A DNA stretch of 64,000 bases, from assembly GCF_016433145.1 (NCBI RefSeq), contig NC_058134.1, positions 97,280,924-97,344,923 on the forward strand, read 5' to 3'. Origin of the DNA: Gracilinanus agilis (lineage: Eukaryota). This document shows positions 41,901 to 54,800 of the stretch, in pieces (the stretch's first letter is position 1; each line of letters begins with the position of its first letter). The position numbers were made by a program, and so were the translations under genes. The notes under the pieces are model-generated. The model was given only the letters and a program-made list of their open reading frames with translations. It did no database searches and was not told where the DNA came from.

Positions 41901-44900
41901 CACTTAGGCTCACCCCCAGGACTGTCTAGAGTCTCCCTCAAAGAGGGCAATCAGGAATCCCCTGACCTGGGAGATGACAAGTTTGAAGGATGACTTGAAT
42001 TCCTGCACATCTGATGTTAGTCGTGTCACCAGTTGTCCTGTCTTTTTGTTGTCAAAGAAGGCAATGTCCTGTCTGGAGGAATAAGAATTGGATCATCTTT
42101 GGGATAAGGTCCCAGTGTACCAATTCAAAGCACCTTAGCAGGCCCTGGTCTTCATGGTCAATCAAGAATCACCATAGATTCTCAAAGTCCAGCCTGTTAA
42201 GGAATTGATGGGGAATGTCAGTAGCAGGGAGACAGGACCAGGTCTGCCCCAGGGATGAAGAGAAGTTTGGGAAACAGAACAAATGCACAGATCTGATGGC
42301 AGGAAGGGACTTTAAGAGGTAACCTAGCTTGGTCTCTCAGTCTCAGAGAGGTAAGGCTTCCATTTTAGACATGAAGTGAGTGAAGGGAGAATGTTAAGTG
42401 ATCTAATTAAGATCACGTAGCTAATATTTGTCAGAACCAGAATTAAAATATAGGTTGTTTCTTGGATTCTAGAATATTCCTCTTTCCAAGTCATGGGACC
42501 TCCTATGTCTTTCGCCTGGAGGAACAGCCTTCTTAGACCAGAAATGTGAGCTTCAGAGCCTGAGAGAGGAAAAAAAGGCTCCAGCCCCAAGACTAAGTTT
42601 GACAGGATTTTTGGAAGTCTATTTACTGTAAACTGGATATAAGAGTGTTAGAATCATAGCTATTATATAACTACCATCACTAAGTGTGCTCCTGATTATT
42701 TCCCAAAGTATATTCCCTTTGCCCCCTCTGGGTGTACTTAGGGAAGATTTCCTTTCTTCCCATGCCTGTTTTTATACTCACACCCACAGTCACCCCACCT
42801 TCCATCCAGCATTACCGAAGCAGGCAACCAAACAGTTCTTTCCGAATATCTCTAGCCATTCGTTCCCCAAGCTCTGACAACAGTACCAGGTACCCAAAGG
42901 TCAGCAGCCCCTAAGGAGAAAACTAAAGATGAACCATAGAGATCCACTGAGGCTCCCCTAATTTGTTCTTGTCTGAATATAGCTCTAGATCCCTCCCCAA
43001 ACCCAGAAAATACTTAAGGCAGTATACTTTAAAACTGATGGTTCTGAATGTCCCTCAAAGTCTTCCCCACACTGACTTCCACAGTACCTGGATGCAGTAG
43101 AGAGTGAGCAGATGAACACCAAGGCCTCGGGTCTCAACCATGAAGTTCCCGAAATGATCCCGGGTGTATTTTCCCACAATCTCCACAAGTTGGCCCAGGA
43201 GCAGGGGAATATGCACATTCACCAAGGCTGATCCCAGTGCTAGCTGGGGTTAGGGGTAAGGGGAAAAGGAAACAACTTAGTAGAAGGGAATCTATGCTTC
43301 TGTGTCCTTGACAATGACTGTCTAACTGCTCCTGCAGTCTAGCTTGGTAGATTCCAGATACTCTACTTCCTCCTGATCCATGCATGGTCTTTGCTCCCAC
43401 TATTTCTGTGCACCCATATACACTGGGTACTCTTCTTGAAAGACCCAGTAAGTTTTCTTACACTTTTTCTCCCAACTGACTGAAGTCTAGCCTCCCTGGA
43501 TGAGATTCTCCACTCTATTTCTTCTCTTTCCATTACCTTAAAATAGGTTCATTGCTACCATTCTCCCTGGGTTTCTAATGTAGTAATGGTGATGGGATGT
43601 TATATGTCTTCTCTCTGGGCAACCCCCCACTGACCCAGGAATTCTATCCCATAACCCTGTCCCTATCTCCAGTAAAGATGGAAGAATGGGGTGGGGGTGA
43701 GGGGAAGACCTCACCACAATGGCTGCACACAGGGCCAACAGGTGGGGCCGAAGAAAGTGCCAAAAGAGGGCCCAATTGAAGCAGGGTTCCTCTGGTTGGG
43801 GTGTGCACTCAACAAGGGTCAGCTCCTCTACCTCACACCGCCCCAGAAGGTAGAGGCGGCAGCCCTTGCTTAATATCATCGGACCCAAGAGTAGCCCCCC
43901 AACCCAGAGAAAGGATCCTTGGCGGGGAGCTGGGGGTCTTCTGGGTAGGCACAGCCGGAGCCGGGCCAGGGCCCGGAGAATGAAGGAGCCAGTGCGGCCA
44001 TCCAAATGCCTGTGGGGAGAAAGTGGTCATAAATCAATCAACTAATCAGGAGCATAGTCCCTGCTGAGACCCCAGATCTGTGCCTGGCACTGATGCTAGT
44101 TGGCACTTTCATGGAGGATGAAAGAAAAGATATGGTCATTTTCATCAAGGAGCATGGGAGATAACCCCAGTTGATGAGAAAAACCATACACATATGAATA
44201 AAAGTCAAGAATTGCAAGAGAGCTGATATTGTTCTGTGTTCTCTATCTCATTCCACTGCTCTTATTGAGTACATGGATAACTAACCTCCCTTGTATCCTT
44301 TAGCCTTCAGGACCCTCACAATTTTAGAATTAAGATCTTAAGAGGTCAAAGCCACAGCTGGAAGCAAATTTCTCTCTCCATTATGTCGCCTTTTTTTGAA
44401 GTCATCTCTCAGAGGTGACCTGGAGTCAAAGTCCAATAACTAAATTCAGGTATGGATAAGCCCTCAGAGAAAGGAAGTTAAAGAACCAAGGAACCAAAGA
44501 GATAGGAAACTGATTGCACAGGCACTGCTCCCCCTGGCTCCCCCTTAATTTGCCAGGCAAATTAAGAAACTATGGCTGGTTCCTGAGACATGACATGTGA
44601 GAGTGAGAGGGTGGAGAAAGAGTTTATAAATGGAGACCAGGTGGTCTTTGGAGTCTTCTGGCTGGATTGTAGGAGAGTTGAAGGAACCATTGTTGGAGTC
44701 AGCCATAGGCCCATCATGGCAGCCAATAGATTAGAAAGCTAAGTACATCTCTACCTCTTTCCTACCTTTCCTTCTCTTTACTACTCCTATTACTTTGATT
44801 TAATAAAGTTATTAAGCTACTATCAGCCTCATAATTTTAATTATTACACCACTTAGGTCATGTAGACCAACCCCCAGGATCTTAAATGAGGAAACAGAAG

Positions 44901-46873
44901 CCCAGGGAGGGTAAGTAAGTTGCATAAAGTCATAGCTAGAGTTAGGGTCAGAACCTGACTTGTCCAATGCTTTTTCTACTCTTTTATGTTTCTCCTCCCA
45001 TTCCATGTGGGCCACTGAAAAGAGAGGGCCCAGAGGAAAAGGAAAAGACACATTTCCCCTCTATTTTGTGATAAAAGAAAAAGAAAAAAAAAACACCTTA
45101 GTTAGAAAGCTGCATGGTACTTTGGAAAGGGCATTGGGCAAAGGCTCACAAGATCTGGCTTCTTTTTTCAGCTTTGTTACTACATTCAATGTATGACCCA
45201 AGACAAACCATTGACCTTTGTGCCTCCATTTTCTTATTTGTCAAATAAGAATAATACTATCAGCCCAACTATCTCACATATTTTTTGGGAGGTTCAAATG
45301 AGAAAATGAATATGAAAATACCTTGACAAAGCATAAAACACCAATGTGAATTTGAAGTGTCATCACCATCAACCAGGGCGATACTGAGTATCCTCAGATA
45401 TATCCTACCTAGCTAGAGTTTGTCTTTTCACAGAAACCTAGAGATGGTGGGCTCCTTGCCAGTCTACAGGTAGACTTGTCTCTAACCTAGTGCAGACTGA
45501 CAGGGCCTATTCCTATTCTTTAATATAAGGAAAGATGATTCTAGCTCATTTCTCAACTCTCCCAGCTGCTTTCAATCTTTATATTGCATTGTTTATTATA
45601 TATTAATTATATCTGCAATATGATATATAACAATATATTATATTGTACATGTTTTTGAAGTTCTTTATATATTTTAATATATATAAATTATATATTTGAG
45701 ATTTAAGACAAATCTCTTGCAGAGAGTCAAACTGTTATTCTCATTCTACTTTTGACAGAGCTGATGAGCAAACTAACAGCATACTTGAATTTATAACTCT
45801 TAAGTATATTTGTATATAGTTACTGAACCCTTCTTATCCCAGTTTAAATAATCCTGACTCTTTTGCTCTTTCCTCACCAGGCCAATTTTCGATCCCTTTA
45901 ATAATTTACTATGGCTCCTCTCCAGCTTCTCTCATATCCCTCATTAGCTGGTCTGGAGGCCCAGACTTGGGGCTCTAAAGAATTTAGCTATTGCCAAGGA
46001 GAGCAGAAGGATTACTTTTTGGCACTCAAGCATCATGCTCATGCCTGTCCAATCCAATATCAAGTTGGCTTTTGGAGCAATGCCACACCACGGCCATCTC
46101 CTAGGCATCCTGTTGCCTACCATGCTTCTGGGGCTGTTGCTTACTGATTTAGCAAAGGTCAGTTTTTTCCTGATGGTACCTTTGTGTCTACGTGCCCAGC
46201 TTTCTCAGCATCCACCTTTGCCTCCCTCGTAGGGCTACTGTGAGAAGCAAATAATGTTTGTGAAAGAACTTTTTTGAAAAATCAAGAAACTCTACAGAGA
46301 TGGGAGAGTTTGTTATCTTCATCATCAAGCATACTGCTTCATGGAGATATTTTGCAGCTTTATCAGAATCACCACAGCATATAGTTCATCAGCTCTTTAC
46401 GTGATAAGAACATTAATGTGCGACCCAGGCCAGATTCCTGAAAGGGGGCAGCAGCGGCAGCTCTGTCCCTGGGCTGAGGCCCACTCTCTGAACACCCGGG
46501 GATCTCAGGCTCCACCTGGAGCGAGGCTACGCTGAATTCGACTTCTGTCCCCTCAGGTCCCAGGCCCCATAAAGGCAATATAGAAACCTGTCTGCATCTG
46601 AGCCCTCTCCATAAATTATTAAGTACGCTTCCCCACTAGATGACACATTACACCCAGAGCAGAGGGAGCCTACATCTCCCAGCAGTCTCGAGCAGAACCG
46701 GAAACTACATTTCCAAGGGAGAACGCTCGCGGAACCGGCAAGCCACCGGCCTGCTCCAAGCCGGGCGCCCCTTTTTACCTGACGGCTGTAAACGTCCGGG
46801 ACCGGAGCGGCAGCAGCAGCGCTCCCCGAATAGGGCAGCCCCGAGTCCCGACCCGAAATAAGTGAACCAACAT
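29393..46873 (-). CDS. ABCB8: Mitochondrial ABC half-transporter ABCB8 (MITOSUR), complete, 16 exons, 720 aa
   Basis: Exons (5' to 3') 46873-46779, 44009-43715, 43243-43088, 42910-42816, 42072-41967, 41145-40984, 40827-40742, 40646-40549, 40217-40112, 37804-37771, 37457-37321, 37017-36923, 36718-36585, 34986-34839, 31354-31104, 29557-29393 (2163 nt). N-terminus MLVHLFRVG, Walker A GQSGGGKST, signature LSGGQKQR, Walker B LILDE and H-loop IAHR are all present. Confidence 0.98.
29862..30026. mobile_element. Short non-autonomous hAT-type DNA transposon (MITE) in ABCB8 intron 15
   Basis: Left TIR CAGGGGTCGGCAA, right end GTTGCCGACCTG. Imperfect 8-bp flanks TATCAGAG and TCCCAGAG. Confidence 0.75.
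31690..32620. mobile_element. Nested/rearranged LINE-1 3' fragments in ABCB8 intron 14
   Basis: ccagattgctctccaaaacggtt (minus L1), gggatgtctatcaactggggaatagctaaacaagttgtggcat and L1 ORF2-like aaatcactatttggtaagaattgttgggacaactg. Confidence 0.8.
32841..32957. repeat. (GA)n / (GAGAGC)n purine microsatellite
   Basis: Direct reading; it explains the ERERER ORFs. Confidence 0.97.
35560..35725 (+). mobile_element. Marsupial SINE (5'-truncated)
   Basis: gaatgccaggcctggaattgggaggacctgggttgaaatctggc...gtgaccctgggcaagtcacttaac...gtaaggattaaaaaaaa. Confidence 0.8.
35850..36042. mobile_element. Probable hAT/Charlie-type MITE fragment
   Basis: AT-rich internal segment ending in tttttgagtttgacccc, resembling a CAGnGGnGTCAAAC terminal repeat of marsupial hAT MITEs (from memory). 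Confidence 0.5.
39540..39860 (+). mobile_element. L3/CR1 3' end fragment
   Basis: ctgtgtaaggaagaactttt...ggctagactagatggcttctaaggtctcttctaagttctatga, a CR1/L3 terminal motif. Confidence 0.65.
41215..41287 (+). pseudogene. tRNA-Ile(AAU)-like sequence (tRNA pseudogene or SINE head), not a functional tRNA
   Basis: gctggttagcttagctaattagaacacagctattgaggacaaggtcacaggttcgatttctggtgatggcca aligns loosely to tRNA-Ile GGCCGGTTAGCTCAGTTGGTTAGAGC...CAAGGTCGCGGGTTCGATCCCCGTACGGGCCA. The B box GGTTCGA is intact, but the stems are disrupted. Confidence 0.55.
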
Positions 46874-47350
46874 TTTGGGGCAGAAGGATGGAAGCAGCCA
46901 GCAGTGGCGGTTTCACCCTTGTCCCGCTGAAGGCGCCATGTTGGCTCAGCCCCCTTCCCGACGAGCCCCACGAGCCTCAACTAGGATTGGTGGAAAGAGC
47001 TTGACCTCTATCTTTCTGAATTGTGATTGGAGAAATTCTCTCCGATGGTACTTGCCCAGAGCTGTGACTGGAGAATCAGTTGGGGCCCTTCCCCCTCCGG
47101 GACGAAGATTGGGAAAGCCTCCAAGCTTCCTTTGCCCTCCTCGTGGGGCGGAGCCATGCAAAGGATGGGGCGTGACATGCGAGGAGTGGGGCTTGTCCAG
47201 GCGAGGGATGGGGCGTGGCGAAGGGGGGCGGGGAGGTCCTGGTGGACTGGGTGTGGGTGGGAAGGGACTAGTCAGTGTCTAAGTCCGAGTTCTTTCGGTA
47301 GGAGGGTAGGGCGGAGGGCAGCTCGAAGGGTTGGGGCCCCAGCTGACCTG
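46350..47350. promoter_or_regulatory. CpG island at the ABCB8 5' end, in the divergent ABCB8/ATG9B interval
   Basis: CpG-rich. GC boxes GGGGCGGAG (about 47145) and GGGGCGGGG (about 47225). YY1-like AACATGGCG near 46934-46942 (minus). Confidence 0.8.
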
Positions 47351-48898
47351 ACCTGTTCTCTAAACCTTAGTTTGAGAAGCCAAGAAATTGATGGGGAGTG
47401 GGGGAGTTGGAATCCTGTCACTAACATGGAACATGACATCACGCTTATTTACATCAAGAATTTGGTGCTCTTGGGGATGGAAGGGAAGGGGATCCGGAAA
47501 GTTGGGGGATTCCGGGGGCAAGAGGGAAGGAGAAAGGAAAGTGGATTGACTATGAGTAAATGGGGAGGAGAGTTCCTGACAGGTGGGGGAAGGAAGGGTT
47601 TTTAGGCTTCTGATGAGTTAGTATGGAGGGGAGTCCTTGGGAAGGAAGAAGGCAGGGTAAATAGGGAGCTCTCATGTTTTAATATGTACATGAACTTTGT
47701 TACAGAAGCATCAGAACTTTGGTCTTTCTCTATGAGGCTATCAGGAGGAAGGCACTGAGAATTGCTGTGTAACTCCCAGAAAAGAACATGCCCAATTAAA
47801 GAGATTTATATTTTCAGTATATATCTATATCTATATCTATATCTACAGATATATAAATATATAGATAGATAGATAGATATAGATAGAGTGGGCAAAAAGG
47901 GAAATTGAGGCAGAGCCCCATCGTGAGTATAGATCCAGTAGATTCAGACTCAGAAATGTAGGTTAGAATTTGGGGTTGGCACTTGTGTGCCCATAAATAA
48001 CTCACTCTGGACCTCAGTTACCTCTTCTGTAAACAGAAAGTTTGCATTAGAGATTCTTGACAGTCATTTTAAAACTCTAAATCCTATTATCCAATCACAT
48101 CCCAGTTTCCAGGTCTGCTACACTGAAGAAATCTGGATTGTGTGAGTGGATAGCCATTTGGCTATTATCCCTCAGGAATCAGAGACCCTGTCTTCATTTT
48201 ACCATCCCCAGGGCACTAGGCTTTATGTCAGTTACTAACTATGAACTGGGTCCAAAAAATCTATTTACCTGGGTGGCTGAGTCAGCACCTTAGGAATGGG
48301 TCTAAAAGGGGAGGCTGAATGCCAGCATGCCTTCTTTTCCTGATGAGTCAGGACTTTAGGAATGAGACTGGACAGGCTAGCCACCTAAGTTCCCCTCTCC
48401 TGTTTGAGTGAGCCAAGAGCCTTCATGAAGATCTCTGCTCAATCCAGCCATCCTGTTCTATCATATCCTACCCTCAGGGGAATCTGAGATATTGTTCTTT
48501 TCAAACTGAGGAAGTCTAAGATCTCTTCTTTTTCAGTTCATTTGGATTTGCTTCTTGGAAGACCAGAGGAATTGTTTCAACATTACTGAGTCAGATATGG
48601 GGAAGAGACAAAGGCAGAATGCCATGAGGAAGAGCTTTGGGAGAATTGTAGGTAGGGAATGGGGTATGTTTGAACACTATTCAGCTGGTAGGAGAGAGAA
48701 GGAATAACTAAGGCCTGGGAGATGTGACCTTGGGGTTCTCCTGGGAGTCTTGGGAGGGGTCAGACAGGTGATTGGGAGTCAGGACGCCTGAGGCCTGCTT
48801 ATGCCTGAGTCACTCAATGTTGTTGTCATCATCTGGAGAACCACAAGCTCTGCTCCTCAGAAAACAACAGCAGTGTTCCTGTTGGAGGAACCAGCCTG

Positions 48899-51800
48899 AT
48901 GGTGAGACGGATGGGTTGGGGGGGGACAAAGGGGCACCAAGAGAGATGGGGGGATCTAGGAGCTACACTGTTACCCCCTTTGCTCCCTACTTCTCGATGT
49001 CTGGGTCCTGGAAGGGGTAGGATTTCTGTTTTTTCTATGTCTCCAACTCCTTACACGAGGAGCTCCCCTTCTTCGTTTCTTGCTTCCATACCACGGCCTC
49101 TTAGTCCAGCCAGGACTTCAGGAGTAACACAGCCCCTCTCAGCTTTAGAAACCTCTTCTCCTCATGGGGAGTCTTCTGGAACCCCTTCCTCTGCTCCATC
49201 TGGCCTAAGATACTACTCTACCCCATGCTTGGCCTCGGTGACTCCCCTTCCCTCACAGTGGTCCCTCCAGAACCCCTCTGGGCTGCGGATGGGTCCCCTG
49301 ATCCCAGAACAGGATTATGAACGACTGGAGGACTGTGACCCTGACTGTGACAACACTCAAAACTCACCCCTCCCAGGGGAGGACCAGGAACCCCTGCTTC
49401 ATGTCCCTGAAGGGATCAAAGGTAAGTGGGGATGGGGTAAGCAAAGTTGAGCAGGTTCTTGTGTGGAGCACAGAAGGGGAGGGGCACAGGGGGTGGACAG
49501 TCTCCATGGTGTCATTTGAAATTGTTGTAAGCCCTGGAAGACTATGTCTCCCAGGACTCTCTCTGCTACAACTTCCCCTGACACCTCCCAATTTCAAATG
49601 ACACACCATGTTTAGAAAATCTAAGGGGTGGGGGCATTGAGACAAAAGAACTGGAGGTATGCAGACTGGGAGAATGCAGGCCACCTAGAATGGTGGATTA
49701 GATTTTATTATTTAGATTTCCATCTCTCACACTTACTTAGGTGGGTGTTGTTGGACAAGTAACTTCACCTCACAGTATTAGTCTCCTCTTCCACAGAGTA
49801 GGGATAATAATATCTACCCCCACAGGGTGGCTGTGAGGAAAGCACCTTATGAAAGAAATGTGAGTAATCATCTATACCTCTTCTCCATCCAGGCTCTTGG
49901 CATCATATCCAGAACTTGGACAGCTTCTTCACCAAGATATCTTATGTGCTCAGAGTTGAGGGATATGGGAGTGGGGTGATGTTTGCTGAGGAGGGATGAG
50001 GGCTGTGGACCAGGACACTAGACATTACTTGGAAAGGAATGGGTGAATGAAAACTGGCGGGAACTGGGCTTCAGGGATGAACAGTCTGGTTGAGGGTACT
50101 TGAGGGTAAGAGGTGTGTTAGGCAGGCATTGGGGATTGGGGAAGATCTTTGGAAATCTCAGCCTTATTCCTTGATGAATCTGGTACCTCTACAATTACCA
50201 TCAGCGTAATGGCTTTGCCTGTATGTTTCTGGAGGATGCCTTCCAGTTGGGGTAAGTCCTTTATATTTAGTTCCCATGTTCATCCCCCATCATTTTCCTT
50301 CCTACCAAACATCAGCCCCTTTTCTCAACTCTCTATAGCACCCATCTTCCTCTTCTTGGATCTCCAAGTTTCCTTCCCTGTCTCATTTCCCATCTCTCCG
50401 GAAGCCTTGGCAGGGCTCAGGTTGTTCCTCTGGGATCTCTAGGGGCCTGGGAGCTGACCTGCAGCCTCTTCTCCCAACCCCTCTCACCCTTGGTGGCCTC
50501 AGGTTGGCCTTTATACCTATTCCACTCCACCCACAGACAGTTCGTTTTCGTTGTTACCTTCACTACCTTCCTACTCCGCTGCGTTGATTATGATGTTCTC
50601 TTTGCCAATCGACCTGTTAACCATACTCAACCTGGGACCCCTGGATCCCATCAGCCCCCTGGAATCCTTCATAGCAAGGTGACCCTGTCAGATGCTATCT
50701 TGCCTGCTGCCCAGTGTGCACATCGGTGAGTGAAAGCAGAGGAGGAGTGGGGGTAGCAGGATTTGGGAGCCTGGATGGTTCAGGGACTAAGGCTCAGGGA
50801 TTGAGGCATTGGCTACTTCTAAGGGCAGAGAGCCTGCCACCCCACCTATCCTCTGTTCTAGCCACAGCCAAGGCCCAGGCAAAAGTGAGCAGAGAGATAG
50901 GGGAGTGAGGCTGAACAGAGACAGACTGGTGAGAGGAAAGGGACCCAGGGAAATCTCACCTACTCTGTCCCTCTGTCTCAGTCTCCAGAGCCAGGCCAAC
51001 CTTCCTGTATTCCTTATTTATATGCCCATTTGTCTGATTTGCTCTTTTCTCCATCCCCACTCCATTCCCTTTGATTCTGGGGTCTATTCCAACTCTAATC
51101 TCTAGATAATCTCACCCTAATCCAGCCCACCAATCTGTCTGATACAGGGTACGTTCCAGCTCCATCCTGATCTTCCTTTTGTTCCTGGCCTCAGGATTTT
51201 GGCTATTTCGTCTTCTTCGGTCCCTCTGCAATCTCTTGAACTACTGGGATATCCGAACATTTTATAGGGAAGCCCTGCACATTCCCCCAGTGAGTTGGAT
51301 CAGGAGAAAGGATAGGGGTGCTAAGGACATAAAGCTATATTGGGTACAGAGAGAAAAGGGAAGGCAGGGAGTGAGATAAAATGGATCAAAGCAGAAGCTG
51401 AGGCAGACACTTTTCCATGGAGATTAGGGGGCTCTGGCCCCAAGGTTGGAGATAGGGATATTGTCAAGTTATCAGGTCTTCCTTGACATTTCCTGTAGAC
51501 GTGGTTATGTAGGAGACATAGAAAAGATGCACCACCCTGCCTTTGCAGAGTTTATAATCTAAGTGAGGAGACAAGAGTGGTACCTGTGTCACAAAACAAC
51601 TAAATAATGCTTCTGATCAGAATTTATATGGTACAGACATCAGGAAGTCTATAAAAGAAAAGTACAGAGTAGGTGGGATGGAATAGTCTGAGAAAGAGAG
51701 TAATGATTGAATAGGATTTGGATAGATAGAAGGGAGGCTACCTTTTTGCAATTTTTGTTCATTTCTCCTATTTCTGCTCTCTGGGGCTAATTAAAATCAC

Positions 51801-54800
51801 ATCTGAATTCATAGAATCACAGAATGTTAGAGCTGGCAGAAGTCTCAGAAATCATCTAGAACCACTTCTTCCTGGGCATTAGATTCCCACCTATAAAATA
51901 AGAATTTGGAGTTCATCTCAATGTTGCCTTTTATTATAGTTATTGGTGTGTATGGTTTATTTCTCCTAACTAGATAGTAATTAGATACAGTTTTTAAAAC
52001 CCTTACTTGTCTCAGGATCTATATTAAATAATGAGTCTAAGGCAGATGAGCAGTAAGGACCAAGCAATGGAGGTTGAGTGACTTGCCCAGGGTTACCCAG
52101 TTAGGAAGTGTCTGAGGTCAGATATGAACCCAGGACCTCCCCATTCAAGGCCTGGTACCCTCTCGAGATGTGCTACCTACCTGTCCCTGAGTAATTAAGA
52201 CATTACAAGGTACTGAGGTACTGAGTCTTAGTGATAGAAGACTAGCCTTGGAGTTGGAAGGGCCTTGGATATACTCTGGCTGGGTCATTATGGGCAAGTC
52301 ACTTAATCTCCATGTCCCCAGGGAACTCTCAGTGGCCCGAAGTTATAGAAGGAGTAGCTCTTCTTCCTGGTTGGGAGGAGTTTTTGCCCTGGGAATTCTT
52401 CCCTCTGATGAGATCCCAGTTCTCAGCCACCCCTCACCCCACCACATCCACAGTTCTTGGAGGGTGCTTCTTTGTATCTCTCCCAGCCCTAAGTGCTAGG
52501 TTGGGCACACAATAGGTACTTCATAACTATCTGTTGAATGAATTCCTTTCCCGGGGAGTGAGAAATCTCAGCTGGTTTCAGAATAGATCAGGGACTTGAT
52601 GGAAATAGTTATTTAGGACAATCTGGGGATGGGGTGTTTAAATGCAAGATGGACAAGAGCCTGGGGAGCAAAAGCCAGTTCTGTTGTTGGCTGTTGAAAT
52701 GGTCCATGTACTACATGATGAAGCCCTGGATTAGTGGGGGAAGGAGCTTTTTCTTTCTCAATAAATCAAAAAACTTTCTGAAACAGCTTGTGTTTAAGCC
52801 ACTGTGCTAGGTACTCTGGATTCAATTTGGGAGTCTGTTGGTGTGAGGAGGAAGTGCTTCACTTCCTCTATTAAAGAGCTTCATCTGCCCTGGAATGTGT
52901 AGTCTGGGGCATTACTTGGGGTATTAAGAGGTGAAGTGAATTTTCCAGAGAGTTACAGAGACAGCACTTCATTCCCTAACTCCTTGATTCAGGCCAGCAC
53001 TCTATTGACCTGTAATTACAAAGCCACATGTTCCTGAGCGGGGCACTAGGGGTGATACTTTGTGCAAAACATGGATTGTGCTCTCAGAGCTCACAGTCTG
53101 GGGTAGGGAGACAGAACAGAACAGATAGAAGAAGATGACAAAAAACCAAATTAAAGTACAAGATGTCATAAAACTCGACATGATTTATAGTCAAATGAAT
53201 TGCATAGACAATAAGGGAGCTAAGAGTTCAGAAGAGGGTGGAAAGGAAAGAAGAAATGGCAGGTTTGGTGACAGATTGAAAATAAAGGTTAGAAAAAGGT
53301 AGAAAAAAGAGGATTGCAAGGTGACTGAGACAGTGAGCCTGAATGGCTGTGAGGACGATGGTGTGAGAACAAGTTTGAAGACAGGAATGAGCAAGTTTGT
53401 TGTTGGGAGAGAGCATCAGTTGGACTTTAGATATAGTGAGTATCAGATGAAACCAAGGTCTCCTGGATGGAAGAATCAGATCATTTTCTGATGTCACTTT
53501 AGAGGTCATCAAGAGGGGGAAGTCTTTTTGGGGTGGGGGTGGATGGTCTTCTCTTTAGGGCTCACTCCTTTCTCCCTCTTCCCTCAGGAGGATCTTAGCA
53601 AGGTGCCCTGGGGTGAGGTACAGTCTCGTCTCCTGGCTCTGCAACGTGGTGGTGGCCTCTGTGTGCTGCCCCGGCCTCTGACGGAGTTAGATGTTCACCA
53701 CCGTATCCTGCGTTACCCCAACTACCTTGTGGCCCTGGCCAACAAGGGCCTGTTGCCGGCCCGCTGCCCACTGCCTTGGGGGGGCAGTACTACTTTCCTC
53801 AGCCAGGGACTGGCTCTCAATCTTGACCTTCTCTTCTTCCGTGGCCCAATTTCCTTCTTTCGAGGGGGCTGGGCATTGCCCAATACCTATAAGCGGAGCT
53901 GCCAGAGGCGGGCTCTGGCTACTCGCCTTCGAAGGACTCTGCTGTTTCTGGCACTGGCCAATTTGGCTCTTTGTCCACTGGTGCTGGCTTGGCAGGGACT
54001 ACATGCCTTTTTCAGCTATGCAGAGCTGCTGCGCCGGGAGCCCGGGGCCTTGGGAATGAGACGCTGGTCCCGCCTGGCCCGCCTTCAGCTGCGACATTTC
54101 AATGAGTTGCCCCATGAGCTTCGTGCCCGTTTGGCTCGAGCCTACCGCCCTGCTGCCCGTTATTTGCGAGCTGCTGCACCTCCAGCCCCACTGCCTGCCC
54201 TCTTGGCCCGCCATGCTGGCTTCTTTGCTGGTGCCCTGCTAGCTGCCCTGTTGGTGCTCACTGTGTATGATGAGGATGTGTTGGCTGTGGAACATGTACT
54301 GACTGCCATGACAGGGCTGGGTGTGGCACTGACTGTGGCCAGGTCAGCAGATGGGGTATCTCCTCCTTCCTTGGGAGGACATTCTGGTGCAAGGACAGAA
54401 GTTTTCATGATCTCATCTTTTTTATAATTATCCCAGGGAAACCTGTCCATCTATTCATTCTATTCCCTCAACTTTTAAGAGTCATACAATTTTAGAGCTT
54501 GGAAGGGCCTTTGGATATTAGATTTAAAACAGATTCCCTGTTTTAAAGATAGGGGAATCAAGACCCAGAAAAGGAAAATGACTTGTCCTGGTTCCAGAGG
54601 TAGACAGTGACTGTGCTAAGACCAGAACATAAATCTCTTGACTTGAAAACTAGCTCTCTGTCCATCAGACCCCACTGCTTCACTTTAATAGATTTGTAGA
54701 ATTCCAGAGCTGAATGGAACCTAGAAGACCATGTAGACCAATCCTCTGATTTTATAGAAGAGGAAAGTAAGGTGACTTGCACTGGGACAAATAGCTAGAG

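Noticed and set aside
47815-47888. (TATATC)n...(GATA)n quasi-palindrome between ABCB8 and ATG9B
   Set aside because: Simple AT-rich microsatellite; self-complementarity is intrinsic to such repeats.
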